A program made the translations under genes and the position numbers. This document shows, piece by piece, positions 19,867-29,679 of a DNA stretch of 64,000 nt. Source of the stretch: Desulfobacterales bacterium. GTDB lineage: Bacteria > Desulfobacterota > Desulfobacteria > Desulfobacterales > UBA5616. Positions within the stretch are counted from its first letter, which is position 1. Every line of letters begins with the position of its first letter. The notes under the pieces are model-generated. The model was not told where the DNA came from. It saw only the letters and a list, made by a program, of their open reading frames with translations, and did not search any database. The stretch spans positions 32,001 to 96,000 of the forward strand of contig JAWODC010000044.1 in NCBI GenBank assembly GCA_046483495.1, written 5' to 3'.

Positions 19867-21071
19867 AAACGATACCTGCAAACACCGTTTTTTCAGGAGA
19901 TCTGAACTTTTTTGGATTAGGCGACCTTCTGCAGCTGATCGGTTCCAATAATGCTACCGGTTTGTTGAATATAAACAATCCCTATGATGAAAATACGGGC
20001 GTAATCTTCTTTGTCGACGGCAATCCGATCGATGCCCGGTACGGATCATTAAACGGGCTCGATGCCGTATATGCACTGTTCGGGTGGACCCGGGGGCATT
20101 TTGAATTCGTGTTGAGCCCGGTTAAGAACGCTAAAACAATTCATGACAGCCGTATGCAGATCATTTTAACCGGTTTAAAGATGCTCGACGAAGGAAAAAT
20201 CAAGAGGCTCGGCCCGATTTCGTATGATGCGGACCCGGAAAATGATAAGTTTCCGGGAGTGTCTCAGCCGGTCATCAGGGGCCCCCTTATCGATTATCTG
20301 TACGTCGTGGATGAAGAGACATTCACAGAAGGACAAGATATCGTGTTGGAGGGAAAACACGGCAATTGGCTTTGGGTCATCCTGGATGGCACTGTTCAGA
20401 TCCTAAGGGAAACCGAGAACGGCCCCGTCAAGATCGTTCGTTTAGGTTCCGGATCTTTTGTCGGCAGTATCGCCTCCTTTTTGCTGGGTGACTACACCCG
20501 CAGTGCGACCGTTATCGCGGAAACCCGCGTAATGCTCGGTGTTCTGGACAGCCAGCGTTTGTTGAACGAATTCGCCCTGCTGACTCCGGTGCTGAAAAGC
20601 ATTTTTTTGAGCCTGGATAAGCGGCTGAAACAGGTGACGGAAAGTGCGGTCGCCCATTTTTTCAACACCGCACCGCCGGTTCGATTGAACAAAATGGAGC
20701 TTTATCTGCCTCAGGAAGACCACCCCCAAAAGCCGGTTCTTATCAGAGAAGGGCGGGCAAGCGTGATCCGATCCACCCCTTATGGGGATGTGCTGCTGGC
20801 GAATTTGTATCCGGACGACTTTATCGGCAAGATACCGTTTATCGATATGGATCATGAACACCTGTCCGCGAGTGTCTATGTTTCCAAAAACCTCAAGGTC
20901 AGCGAAATCGATATGAGTTCCTGGATGGCCGAATATAACCGCCTTTCCACGACGTTCAAAAACATCATCAATAATGTCGCCGCCTGCATGTCGGCCACCT
21001 CGATGATGACCTGTGAATTCAAAAAAAAACATGCAGAGGACGAATCCGGTGCCGATGCTCGTAAAACGTGA
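19863..21071 (+). CDS. DUF4388 (PATAN-like) plus cyclic-nucleotide-binding domain protein
   Basis: N-terminal GDLNFFGLGDLLQLI..TG.L..G.IFF.DG.PIDA..W..G.FEF; cNMP fold ETFTEGQDIVLEG..G.V.I..RSATVIA; ATGA overlap with mglA. Confidence 0.88.
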   Translation: MKTIPANTVFSGDLNFFGLGDLLQLIGSNNATGLLNINNPYDENTGVIFFVDGNPIDARYGSLNGLDAVYALFGWTRGHFEFVLSPVKNAKTIHDSRMQIILTGLKMLDEGKIKRLGPISYDADPENDKFPGVSQPVIRGPLIDYLYVVDEETFTEGQDIVLEGKHGNWLWVILDGTVQILRETENGPVKIVRLGSGSFVGSIASFLLGDYTRSATVIAETRVMLGVLDSQRLLNEFALLTPVLKSIFLSLDKRLKQVTESAVAHFFNTAPPVRLNKMELYLPQEDHPQKPVLIREGRASVIRSTPYGDVLLANLYPDDFIGKIPFIDMDHEHLSASVYVSKNLKVSEIDMSSWMAEYNRLSTTFKNIINNVAACMSATSMMTCEFKKKHAEDESGADARKT

Positions 21072-21164
21072 ACGATTAGACAGAATAAATTAGTCGGCAT
21101 CATTATCTTGTACAGTATAAATGACAGATGCACATGGTGCTGCGTTCCGGCTGATGAAGACGTG

Positions 21165-21188
21165 AATCAGCCATATCCGGATGGGCGC
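21165..21188. repeat. Short remnant of the right end of the 36442-36583 element
   Basis: aatcagccatatccggatgggcgc versus element end aatcagccgtttccggataagcac. Confidence 0.5.
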
Positions 21189-21205
21189 CGGGGAAAAGCC
21201 GATAC

Positions 21206-21541
21206 ATGGAAGATCGCAGGAAACACGAGAGGATAGATTCAGCGCACTTGTTGTACCTTTGCCTGAAGGATGATAATGATACGGTGATCCGGCAGGGGAT
21301 GGGAAAAATATTGAATTTGTCGGAAGCCGGTGTCCGGCTGCAAACCCATTTTCCCATCGAGGGCGAAGATCCTGTTTGGCTGTCCATCGGCATCGAAGAG
21401 GACGTCGTGGATGTAAAGGGCATGGTGATATACCGCCTATCTCAAGATGGGCGCCATGAATTCGGAATTCGATTCATAGAACCCGACGCGTCGGCGAGGG
21501 AGATCTTGATGCGGTATATATCGAAAAAACAGAAAAAATAA
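21206..21541 (+). CDS. Stand-alone PilZ domain protein
   Basis: DRRKHER (RxxxR) and NLSEAG ((D/N)xSxxG), FGIRF. Confidence 0.88.
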   Translation: MEDRRKHERIDSAHLLYLCLKDDNDTVIRQGMGKILNLSEAGVRLQTHFPIEGEDPVWLSIGIEEDVVDVKGMVIYRLSQDGRHEFGIRFIEPDASAREILMRYISKKQKK

Positions 21542-21567
21542 TTGACTCGAAAAGGAATCTGCATAAC

Positions 21568-22464
21568 ATGGACCGACCGGTTTACGAAACCGATTTTCCG
21601 AAATTGGCACTGGTAAAAAGGGGGAAGGTAAGAGACCTCTATGAGGTCGACGGCAACCTGCTGCTGGTGGCGACGGACAGGATATCCGCATATGACGTTG
21701 TCATGACCGATCCCATACCCGGAAAAGGTAAGATATTGACCCAAATATCTCTTTTCTGGTTTGAACAAACGGTACCGATCGTAAAGAATCATATCATTTC
21801 GGCCGATGTTGGCGAGTTCCCGGAGGTTTGCCGGCCCTATGCGGATACCCTGAGAGGCAGAAGTATGCTGGTCAGAAAGACGCGGCCGCTTACCATCGAA
21901 TGCGTTGTCCGGGGATATATTTCAGGATCGGCATGGGCGTCATACAAAGAAACCGGCAGCGTCTGCGGCATTCCGCTGCCGCCGGGATTGACGGAATCGC
22001 AGAAACTCCCTGAACCGATATTCACGCCAAGTACAAAAGCTGAGCTTGGCGAACATGACGAAAATATCGATTTTGAAACCGCTGCAGCGCATGTCGGCAA
22101 AGATATCGCGGAACGCGTGAAAAAATTCAGCCTGCAACTTTATGAAGAGGGCTGCCGGATTGCTGAAGAAAAAGGAATCATCATCGCGGACACCAAATTT
22201 GAATTCGGTCTGGATGACGGGGAATTAATTCTCATCGATGAGGTGCTGACCCCGGATTCCTCCCGGTTCTGGCCTAAAGCGGATTATGCCCCCGGAAAAT
22301 CACAGAAAAGCTTCGACAAACAATATCTTCGGGATTACCTGATGTCCATAGAATGGCCAAAAACGCCGCCGGCGCCTGAACTGCCGGACGAGGTGATTCG
22401 CAACACCCGTCAGAAATACCTGGAGGCCCTGCACAGGCTGACCGGCACCGTCCATGACATTTAG
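21568..22464 (+). CDS. purC: SAICAR synthase
   Basis: [52 protein letters not shown]. Confidence 0.98.
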   Translation: MDRPVYETDFPKLALVKRGKVRDLYEVDGNLLLVATDRISAYDVVMTDPIPGKGKILTQISLFWFEQTVPIVKNHIISADVGEFPEVCRPYADTLRGRSMLVRKTRPLTIECVVRGYISGSAWASYKETGSVCGIPLPPGLTESQKLPEPIFTPSTKAELGEHDENIDFETAAAHVGKDIAERVKKFSLQLYEEGCRIAEEKGIIIADTKFEFGLDDGELILIDEVLTPDSSRFWPKADYAPGKSQKSFDKQYLRDYLMSIEWPKTPPAPELPDEVIRNTRQKYLEALHRLTGTVHDI

Positions 22465-23404
22465 ACAAGCGCATATGCCTGCGGCATCCATCGATGACGC
22501 AGATGACTTTTTTCGCATTACGACGCGTACAGACACCTCGGATCTTGTGCAGTCCATCCAATCCGTCAAGGGCGTGATCAACCCCCCGCTGCTTCGAAGT
22601 TCCGCATCGGGGCATCACGTGGTTTTTGGATTTCGGCGCATTGCGGCCTGCCGGGTTCTCGGATATCGAACCATTTCCTGCCGGATTACCGACCAGCCTT
22701 TTTTAGACTGTGCGAAACTGGCCGTTGTGGACAATATGTCCCAGCGGGATTTAAACACCGTTGAACTTTCCAATGCAATCGGGCTGCTTGCCCGCTGCTC
22801 GAGCGGCACGGCCCAATTGCAAAATGCCCTCCTGGATCTTGGACTGCCGGCGAAATCCTCGTTTATTGCAAAGATGATGCAGATCCAAGAAATGCCGGCC
22901 TCTCTCAAATCCGGAATCGCGAATAACAGCATCGCTTTGCCCGTTGCACGGAAATTGACGGAGTTGCCGGTTGACGATGCGCTGGTTTTGGCCGACCTGT
23001 TCCGTAACCTGACCGTAAGTCTCAATAAACAATTGGAAATAACGGCATTGACCGATGAGATCGCTCACCGAGAGGACATTTCCATTTCCGATTTGTTTAA
23101 CGAACCCGAATTATCCCAAATCCTTGAAAACGAAAACGCGGAAAAATCCCGTGCTGCAGGACGGCTGCGGACCTATTTGAAAAAACGGCGGTTTCCGAAA
23201 CTTGTTGGAGTGGAACAGAATTTTGAAAACATCAAGAAATCATTAAAGCTTCCCCCAAACGTCCAATTTCAGGCGCCACCGTATTTCGAGGGCGATACCT
23301 ACACCATTGCCATAAAATTTTCCAGCATGGAAGAGTTGGAACAGTGCCGGAAGATCTTCGATCGACTGATTTCTCATCCGGAACTGAAAACGTCATTGGA
23401 TTAG
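22454..23404 (+). CDS. ParB/Srx N-terminal domain protein
   Basis: [27 protein letters not shown] (GxxRxxA) and [12 protein letters not shown] (ENxxR-like); overlaps the purC end. Confidence 0.8.
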   Translation: MTFRQAHMPAASIDDADDFFRITTRTDTSDLVQSIQSVKGVINPPLLRSSASGHHVVFGFRRIAACRVLGYRTISCRITDQPFLDCAKLAVVDNMSQRDLNTVELSNAIGLLARCSSGTAQLQNALLDLGLPAKSSFIAKMMQIQEMPASLKSGIANNSIALPVARKLTELPVDDALVLADLFRNLTVSLNKQLEITALTDEIAHREDISISDLFNEPELSQILENENAEKSRAAGRLRTYLKKRRFPKLVGVEQNFENIKKSLKLPPNVQFQAPPYFEGDTYTIAIKFSSMEELEQCRKIFDRLISHPELKTSLD

Positions 23405-23427
23405 AGACGTGAAACCGGAGGATCGGA

Positions 23428-24528
23428 TTGACGATTAAGAACGTATTTATCGACAGAAATATCGCCCATAACGAAGAAACCGAGGCCGTCACATCCAGAA
23501 TCGACGTTCCTGTTGAAATGGCCTGCATCGAAGATGTCTACACTTACATCCGATCAGCCGACGATCCCATTCTAAGAGGCAAGGAAGTGCTGTATATCAG
23601 CGAGAACAGGGGGCGATTTTTAAGACCCTGTCCGGGAACCCGCAATTATAACTGCTGTGGTTATTGGATTCTTCATATCGGCACCTACTGCCTTATGGAT
23701 TGTGCGTACTGCATTCTTCAATCCTACTTTCATCCGCCGGTGCTGCAATATTTTATCAATCACGACAAAATGACGGCCGAGTTGGACGAGATGTTCACCC
23801 GTAACCGCATCCATCGAATCGGGACGGGCGAATTTACCGACAGCCTGATTTGGGAGCATTGGACGAATCTGTCTTCCGTCCTTGTTCCGGTCTTTGCACG
23901 ACACGACAATGCAATCTTGGAATTAAAGACAAAGACAACCGAAATCAATCGCTTGAAACCCCTTCATCACAACCGCAAAACCATAATGGCGTGGTCCCTG
24001 AATTCCGAAGCGGTAATCCAAAACGAGGAAAACGCCACCGCCTGTTTGACGGACAGGCTGGAGGCGGCAAAATTATGTGAATCATGGGGCTATCCGCTGG
24101 CATTCCATTTCGATCCAATCATTATTTACGAAAACTGTGAACAGGATTACTATGACGTTATCGAGCGGCTGTTTTCCTGCATATCTCCGGAGAACATCGT
24201 ATGGATCAGCCTGGGGACCTTTCGCTTCATGGCGGACCTTAAATCCATCATTCGGAAGCGATTTCCGAATTCCAAAATCACCTGCGGCGAATTTATCCCG
24301 GGGCTGGACCAGAAGATGCGGTATTTTAAGCCGATCAGGATATCACTGTACCGTAAAATCATCACCTGGATCAGGCAGGCGGCGCCCGATGTCCTGGTAT
24401 ATTTCTGCATGGAGGATGATGAGGTGTGGCGAAAAACTCTTGGATTTACACCGGGGGAAAAAGGGGGGCTGGCACGCATGCTCGATGAATCCGCCGCCGC
24501 CCATTGTGAACTGTCCATCCAAACATGA
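23428..24528 (+). CDS. Spore photoproduct lyase (SplB)-like radical SAM protein
   Basis: RPCPGT, CLMDCAYC (CxxxCxxC), GTGEFTDS, LELKTK, WSLN, RLEAA, HFDP, YFCME; TTG start. Confidence 0.88.
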   Translation: MTIKNVFIDRNIAHNEETEAVTSRIDVPVEMACIEDVYTYIRSADDPILRGKEVLYISENRGRFLRPCPGTRNYNCCGYWILHIGTYCLMDCAYCILQSYFHPPVLQYFINHDKMTAELDEMFTRNRIHRIGTGEFTDSLIWEHWTNLSSVLVPVFARHDNAILELKTKTTEINRLKPLHHNRKTIMAWSLNSEAVIQNEENATACLTDRLEAAKLCESWGYPLAFHFDPIIIYENCEQDYYDVIERLFSCISPENIVWISLGTFRFMADLKSIIRKRFPNSKITCGEFIPGLDQKMRYFKPIRISLYRKIITWIRQAAPDVLVYFCMEDDEVWRKTLGFTPGEKGGLARMLDESAAAHCELSIQT

Positions 24529-24610
24529 TATCATGCGATTCAGTTCAGTCTACCGCCGTTGCAGGCCACAAGATGCCTGCAACGATCAGCTGTTTGTAAA
24601 AGGACAGAAA

Positions 24611-24640
24611 CCAAGGGCGGGGGATTGACACCGCCCTTGG
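24611..24640 (-). terminator. Hairpin downstream of the EF-G gene (between convergent genes)
   Basis: Perfect 10-bp stem ccaagggcgg/ccgcccttgg followed on the minus strand by tttctgtcctttt. Confidence 0.7.
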
Positions 24641-24674
24641 AGTAATTCGTGCTGTTCGAAGGTAAAGAGGTCGA

Positions 24675-26744
24675 TTATTCCTTGCTCTTATTTGTTTCTT
24701 CCACGATTTTCTCGGCGGTCTGCGCCGGCACTTCGTCATAGTGGGAAAATTCCATCGTATACACGCCTCTACCGCCGGTAATTGAATTGAGGTCCGGCGC
24801 ATAGGTCAGAAATTCGGCCATTGGAACATGGGCGTGAATCTCCTGGTTCTTTCCAGCGGTGTCCATTCCCAGAACCCGTCCCCGCCGGCTGTTCAAATCT
24901 CCCATAATGTCTCCCATGAATTCGTCCGGGGCCGTTACGCTGACCTTCATGATGGGTTCGAGCAGCACGGGTTTTGCCTCTTCCGCCGCTTTTTTAAAGG
25001 CCAGCGATCCGGCGATTTTAAAAGCCATTTCAGATGAATCCACGGAGTGATACGACCCGTCGACGAGCGTCACTTTGAAATCGATGCAGGGAAAACCGGC
25101 CAGTACTCCCTTTTGAGCGGCTTCGGCAATTCCCTTCTCGACAGCCGGAATGTAGGTTTTCGGGATGGCGCCCCCGACGATCGCATCCACGAACTCGAAT
25201 CCCGCCCCGCGCTCCAGCGGCTCCATTTGGATCCAGCAGTCGCCGAACTGGCCGTGGCCGCCGGACTGCTTCTTATGCCTGCCCTGAACCCTGACCTTCT
25301 TCTTAATCGTTTCGCGATAAGGAACTTTGGGCGGAGACAGCAGAACCTCGACATTGAATTTTCGTTTCAGCTTTTCAACCGTTGTTTCAATGTGAACCTG
25401 GCCCATACCGGATAAGAGGGTCTGCTTTGTTTCAGCATTTCGTTCGAGCTGCAATGCGGGATCTTCTTCAAGTATTTTGGCCAATGAAGATACGATCTTA
25501 TCTTCATCACCCTGGGATTTGGGTTCAACGGCAAAAGAAATCAACGGCAGCAGGGGATCAGCGGTTTTGAAGATCACCTTATCGGATTCCGAACACAGGG
25601 TGTCTCCCGTCGTCGTTTCCTTTAATTTTGCCACAGCAACGATTGAACCCGGTCCGGCTTCATTGATCGGCTTTTGCTCTTTTCCCGTTATGGTCAGCAA
25701 CTGGTTATAGCGTTCACGGGTTTGTTTCGCAGAATTGTAAAATCCGCCATCCGCCCCCAGCTTTCCCGATACGATCCTGAATATGGAAAGACGGCCGGCA
25801 AATGGATCCGCAATGGTTTTAAATACAAATGCAGCAAATGGAGCATCGGGGTCCGGAGTACATTCCTTTTCGGAATTATCCGGGGCCAGTCCTTTTTTAG
25901 GCGGGCTGTCCACAGGGGAGGGCATCACCGCGGCAACGGCATCGAGCAGCAGGTCTACACCGATATCCTTGGCAACCGAACCGCATAAGACCGGAACAAT
26001 GGATCTGTCCATCACCCCTTTTTTAAGCGCGGCATTCAGCTCCTCATCCGAGAGGGATTCCCCTTCGAGGTATCTTTCCGTGAGTTCATCATCCGCTTCT
26101 ACGATATTTTCGACCAAAGCCTCGCGTTCCGCTTCGACATCCGGCCGGATGTCATCCGGAATATCCACCGGTTTGGCTTTTCCGTCGGCCTCGTAAATAT
26201 AGGCTTTCATTGCGATCAGATCCACCACACCTTTAAAATCCGCCTCGGCCCCGATCGGCACCTGGATGATAACCGGCTTGGGATCGAAACTGGCGGTGAC
26301 ATCTTGAACGGTTCTCGAGAAATCCGCCCTTTCCCGATCCATTTTATTGATGAATATCATGCACGGCATGGTAAACTGTGCGGCAAAATCCCAAGCCTGT
26401 TCCGTCTGTACTTTAACGCCGTCAATGGCATCGATAACAAGTAAGGCGCCGTCCGCCGCTTCCATGCAAAGCTTTGTATCCGTGAAAAAATTCTGGTCGC
26501 CCGGCGTGTCGATAATGCTTACGGTGTGGTTTTTCCATTGGAAATGGTTGAAACTGCTGCTGATGCTCGATTGGCGTTTCAGCTCTTCCGGCTCGAAATC
26601 CATGACGGTGTTTCCTTCTTCCACACGTCCCAATCGCTTGGTGACACCCGTCTTGAACAGCATGAGCTCAGCCAGGGACGTTTTGCCTGATCCGCCATGC
26701 CCGATAATGGCGATGTTTCTAAGCTTGTTTAAAGTCTCAGTCAT
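24675..26744 (-). CDS. fusA: Elongation factor G paralogue (EF-G2 type)
   Basis: GHGGSGKTS, DTPG, NKMD, KKQSGGHGQF, GSYHSVDSSEMAF; switch motifs diverge (RQSSI, DTPGD). Confidence 0.93.
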   Translation of the reverse strand: MTETLNKLRNIAIIGHGGSGKTSLAELMLFKTGVTKRLGRVEEGNTVMDFEPEELKRQSSISSSFNHFQWKNHTVSIIDTPGDQNFFTDTKLCMEAADGALLVIDAIDGVKVQTEQAWDFAAQFTMPCMIFINKMDRERADFSRTVQDVTASFDPKPVIIQVPIGAEADFKGVVDLIAMKAYIYEADGKAKPVDIPDDIRPDVEAEREALVENIVEADDELTERYLEGESLSDEELNAALKKGVMDRSIVPVLCGSVAKDIGVDLLLDAVAAVMPSPVDSPPKKGLAPDNSEKECTPDPDAPFAAFVFKTIADPFAGRLSIFRIVSGKLGADGGFYNSAKQTRERYNQLLTITGKEQKPINEAGPGSIVAVAKLKETTTGDTLCSESDKVIFKTADPLLPLISFAVEPKSQGDEDKIVSSLAKILEEDPALQLERNAETKQTLLSGMGQVHIETTVEKLKRKFNVEVLLSPPKVPYRETIKKKVRVQGRHKKQSGGHGQFGDCWIQMEPLERGAGFEFVDAIVGGAIPKTYIPAVEKGIAEAAQKGVLAGFPCIDFKVTLVDGSYHSVDSSEMAFKIAGSLAFKKAAEEAKPVLLEPIMKVSVTAPDEFMGDIMGDLNSRRGRVLGMDTAGKNQEIHAHVPMAEFLTYAPDLNSITGGRGVYTMEFSHYDEVPAQTAEKIVEETNKSKE

Positions 26745-27012
26745 TTATGCTCCTCTCTGGTATCGGTATATTTGCCGGCAGGGGTTTTCCCGCCCAGGAA
26801 ATGCGGCAAGCCGTCGAAGTTGATGAATGGCGGCAGCATGAAAGCCATTCCCGTCCCGCTATCTGCAATCATTTCCTAAATCTCATTTTTTAATATAATG
26901 CAATGGAAAAAATCAACCCTATAATCCCGAATTGTCAGCCATAAACATGGAAAGGGATCGGGCGTAAACCAGACAAAACCGGATGTGAAAGCGTATCCAT
27001 CGGTCGGGTATT

Positions 27013-27768
27013 TCAAGAGACGCCGATGTCGATCATGAATTCCCTGTTTCCCTTGGAACCGACAATCGGCGAAGGAATAACGGCCCCGCATACCAGGCCG
27101 TTTTTCGAGAAAAAGGCAACCAGTTCCCGGATAACCTCTTCGTGCTGCGTTGTATCCCTTACGATGCCTCCCTTGCCGACCTTTCCTTTACCGACTTCAA
27201 ATTGGGGTTTGATCAGAGCAAGCATTCGTGAAGAGGGCTTCATAAACTTCAGAACGGCCGGTACCACGATCTTCAGGCTGATGAAAGACACATCGATAAC
27301 GGCCAGGTCCACCGGGACCGGCAGAGCTTCGGCAGAAAGATACCGTATATTCGTCCGTTCGATAACGGTAACGCGGGGATCGTTTCTGAGTTTCCAGGCC
27401 AACTGGCCGTATCCCACATCCACTGCATAGACGTGACCCGCCCCAAACTGAAGAAGGCAATCGGTGAATCCGCCTGTGGATGCACCTACGTCCAGGCAGT
27501 TCTTGTTGGAAACCGTCAATCCGAGCTGTTTTACGGCATGTTCGAGCTTCAGACCGCCGCGGCTGACAAATGCGATGTCATTACCCTTTATGTCGATCCG
27601 GGCGTCCTCCGCAATCATTGTACCGGGTTTGTCTACCCGGCGGGAGTCGACGTATACGCTTCCCGACAGGATCAGAGACCGGCTTTTTTCCCGGCTTGCC
27701 GCCATTTTTTTTTCCACCAGCAGCTGATCGATCCTTTTCTTTTCTATTTTAGCGGGCAAGGGCATCAT
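27013..27768 (-). CDS. tlyA: TlyA-family rRNA 2'-O-methyltransferase
   Basis: S4-like RIDQLL, VSRGGLKL, DVGASTGGFTD, DVSFISL, KPQFE, GNREF. Confidence 0.96.
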   Translation of the reverse strand: MMPLPAKIEKKRIDQLLVEKKMAASREKSRSLILSGSVYVDSRRVDKPGTMIAEDARIDIKGNDIAFVSRGGLKLEHAVKQLGLTVSNKNCLDVGASTGGFTDCLLQFGAGHVYAVDVGYGQLAWKLRNDPRVTVIERTNIRYLSAEALPVPVDLAVIDVSFISLKIVVPAVLKFMKPSSRMLALIKPQFEVGKGKVGKGGIVRDTTQHEEVIRELVAFFSKNGLVCGAVIPSPIVGSKGNREFMIDIGVS

Positions 27769-29666
27769 ACGGCTCGCTGTGAAGCTTTCATTTCGATCAG
27801 TTCCATGGCAGCCGCCGTTACCGCCCGGGCATCCAGGCCGTATTTCGCCAGCAGCAAACGTTGACTGCCGTGCTCGACGAAAACATCGGCGATTCCCAGA
27901 CGCTTTATACGAAAACCGGTAATGCCGTTGTCATTCAACACCTCCAGCACCGCGGTTCCAAAGCCGCCTTGAAGAACATGCTCCTCTAACGTGATCACCC
28001 GGGGAACAGTGCTGACGAGGGAACATATCAGTTCATGATCCAGGGGTTTGATAAAACGGCAATTAACGACGGCGGCACGGATCCCCAGTTCATTTAAATC
28101 GTTACATGCGTTCAGCGCTTCAGACACCAACCGCCCGACGGCAAGAATCAGGACATCTTTTCCTTCCCTCAACATCTCGGCCTTACCGATGGTCAGCGGG
28201 GCAGGGGAGGGGGTTATCGTTACCCCTGTTCCAATGCCTCTGGGGTATCGGAATGCAATGGGGCCGTCCTGATAATCCATCGCCGTTACCATCATTTGAC
28301 ACAGTTCATCTTCATCCTTGGGCGCCATCACCACCATATTGGGAAGACTTCTCAAGTACGAAAAGTCGAACAGCCCGTGGTGCGTAGGTCCGTCTTCACC
28401 GACGATTCCGCCTCGGTCGATTGCGAACTTGACCGGGAGAGACTCGATGCAGACATCGTGAAGGATCTGATCATATGCACGCTGCAAAAACGTGGAGTAA
28501 ACGGCCACAACAGGCTTGATCCCTTCGGCGGCCATTCCCGCCGCAAATGTTACGCCGTGCTGCTCTGCGATTCCCACATCGAAAAACCGGTCCGGAAACC
28601 GTTCGGCGAATCGGGCCAGTCCGGTTCCTTCCGGCATGGCTGCGGTAACCGCGACGATTGCATCGTCTTTTTCGGCCAGTTCGATCATCTTTTCTCCGAA
28701 CACCCGGGTATAGGACGGCGCCTTGACATCATGTGCGGTACAGTTGCCGGTTTCGATTTCAAAACAGCCGACCCCGTGAAAGTAGACCGGATTCTTTTCG
28801 GCCGGTGCGTACCCCTTTCCCTTCACGGTTCTGACGTGCAGAAGCACCGGCTCTTCGAGCTCCTTGACATTTTCCAGAATGTCGATCAGGTGATGAAGCT
28901 TGTGGCCGTCAATGGGGCCGAAATATTCAAATCCGAATGCCTCGAACAGCATTCCGGGTGTAATGAACGTTTTGAACGATTCTTCCGAACGTTTGGCCAG
29001 CTGATAGATATCATTTCCGATACCCGGAACGGATTTCAGAAATTCTCCCAGTGACTTTCTCAGATCCTGAAGGTACTTGGCGGAAAGGGTCCGGCTCAGA
29101 AAGGACGATAGGGCGCCGACATTGGGAGATATGGACAAATCGTTGTCATTCAGGATCACAATGATATTTTTGTGGATGTGGCCCGCCTGATTCAGCCCTT
29201 CATAGGCCAGGCCGGCGGTCATAGACCCGTCCCCGATCACCGCGACGATCTTGCTGTCCGACCCCGTCATCCGCTTTGCACAGGCCATCCCCACGCCCGC
29301 GGAAATCGACGTGCTGCTGTGGCCCGTAGTAAACGCGTCATAGGGGCTTTCACTGCGTTTGGTAAATCCGGAAATGCCGCCGAGTTGCCGCAATGTTGAA
29401 AATCGTTCGTTTCTGCCTGTGAGAATTTTATGGGCATATGCTTGATGTCCGACATCCCATATGATTTTGTCGTTCGGCAGGTCGAAAACGTAGTGAAGGG
29501 CAATGGCCAGTTCAACGGCCCCCAAACTCGGAGCCAGATGGCCTCCGGTTTTTGAAACAACCGATACAATGAGATTTCGAATCTCCTGGGCGAGCGTCTT
29601 CAGATCGGATATCGGCAGCTTTTTTAAATCCGCCGGACTGTTGATGTGATTCAGAAGATGGTCCAC
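27765..29666 (-). CDS. dxs: 1-deoxy-D-xylulose-5-phosphate synthase
   Basis: GGHLAPSLG, WDVGHQAY, GHSSTSIS, GDGSMTAG, IAEQH, YSTFLQRAYDQ, DGPTH. Confidence 0.98.
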   Translation of the reverse strand: MDHLLNHINSPADLKKLPISDLKTLAQEIRNLIVSVVSKTGGHLAPSLGAVELAIALHYVFDLPNDKIIWDVGHQAYAHKILTGRNERFSTLRQLGGISGFTKRSESPYDAFTTGHSSTSISAGVGMACAKRMTGSDSKIVAVIGDGSMTAGLAYEGLNQAGHIHKNIIVILNDNDLSISPNVGALSSFLSRTLSAKYLQDLRKSLGEFLKSVPGIGNDIYQLAKRSEESFKTFITPGMLFEAFGFEYFGPIDGHKLHHLIDILENVKELEEPVLLHVRTVKGKGYAPAEKNPVYFHGVGCFEIETGNCTAHDVKAPSYTRVFGEKMIELAEKDDAIVAVTAAMPEGTGLARFAERFPDRFFDVGIAEQHGVTFAAGMAAEGIKPVVAVYSTFLQRAYDQILHDVCIESLPVKFAIDRGGIVGEDGPTHHGLFDFSYLRSLPNMVVMAPKDEDELCQMMVTAMDYQDGPIAFRYPRGIGTGVTITPSPAPLTIGKAEMLREGKDVLILAVGRLVSEALNACNDLNELGIRAAVVNCRFIKPLDHELICSLVSTVPRVITLEEHVLQGGFGTAVLEVLNDNGITGFRIKRLGIADVFVEHGSQRLLLAKYGLDARAVTAAAMELIEMKASQRAV

Positions 29667-29679
29667 GTAAGCATACTCC

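Noticed and set aside
22454..23404. Chromosome-partitioning parB with parS site
   Set aside because: No adjacent parA, divergent C-terminus, and no parS palindrome seen nearby.
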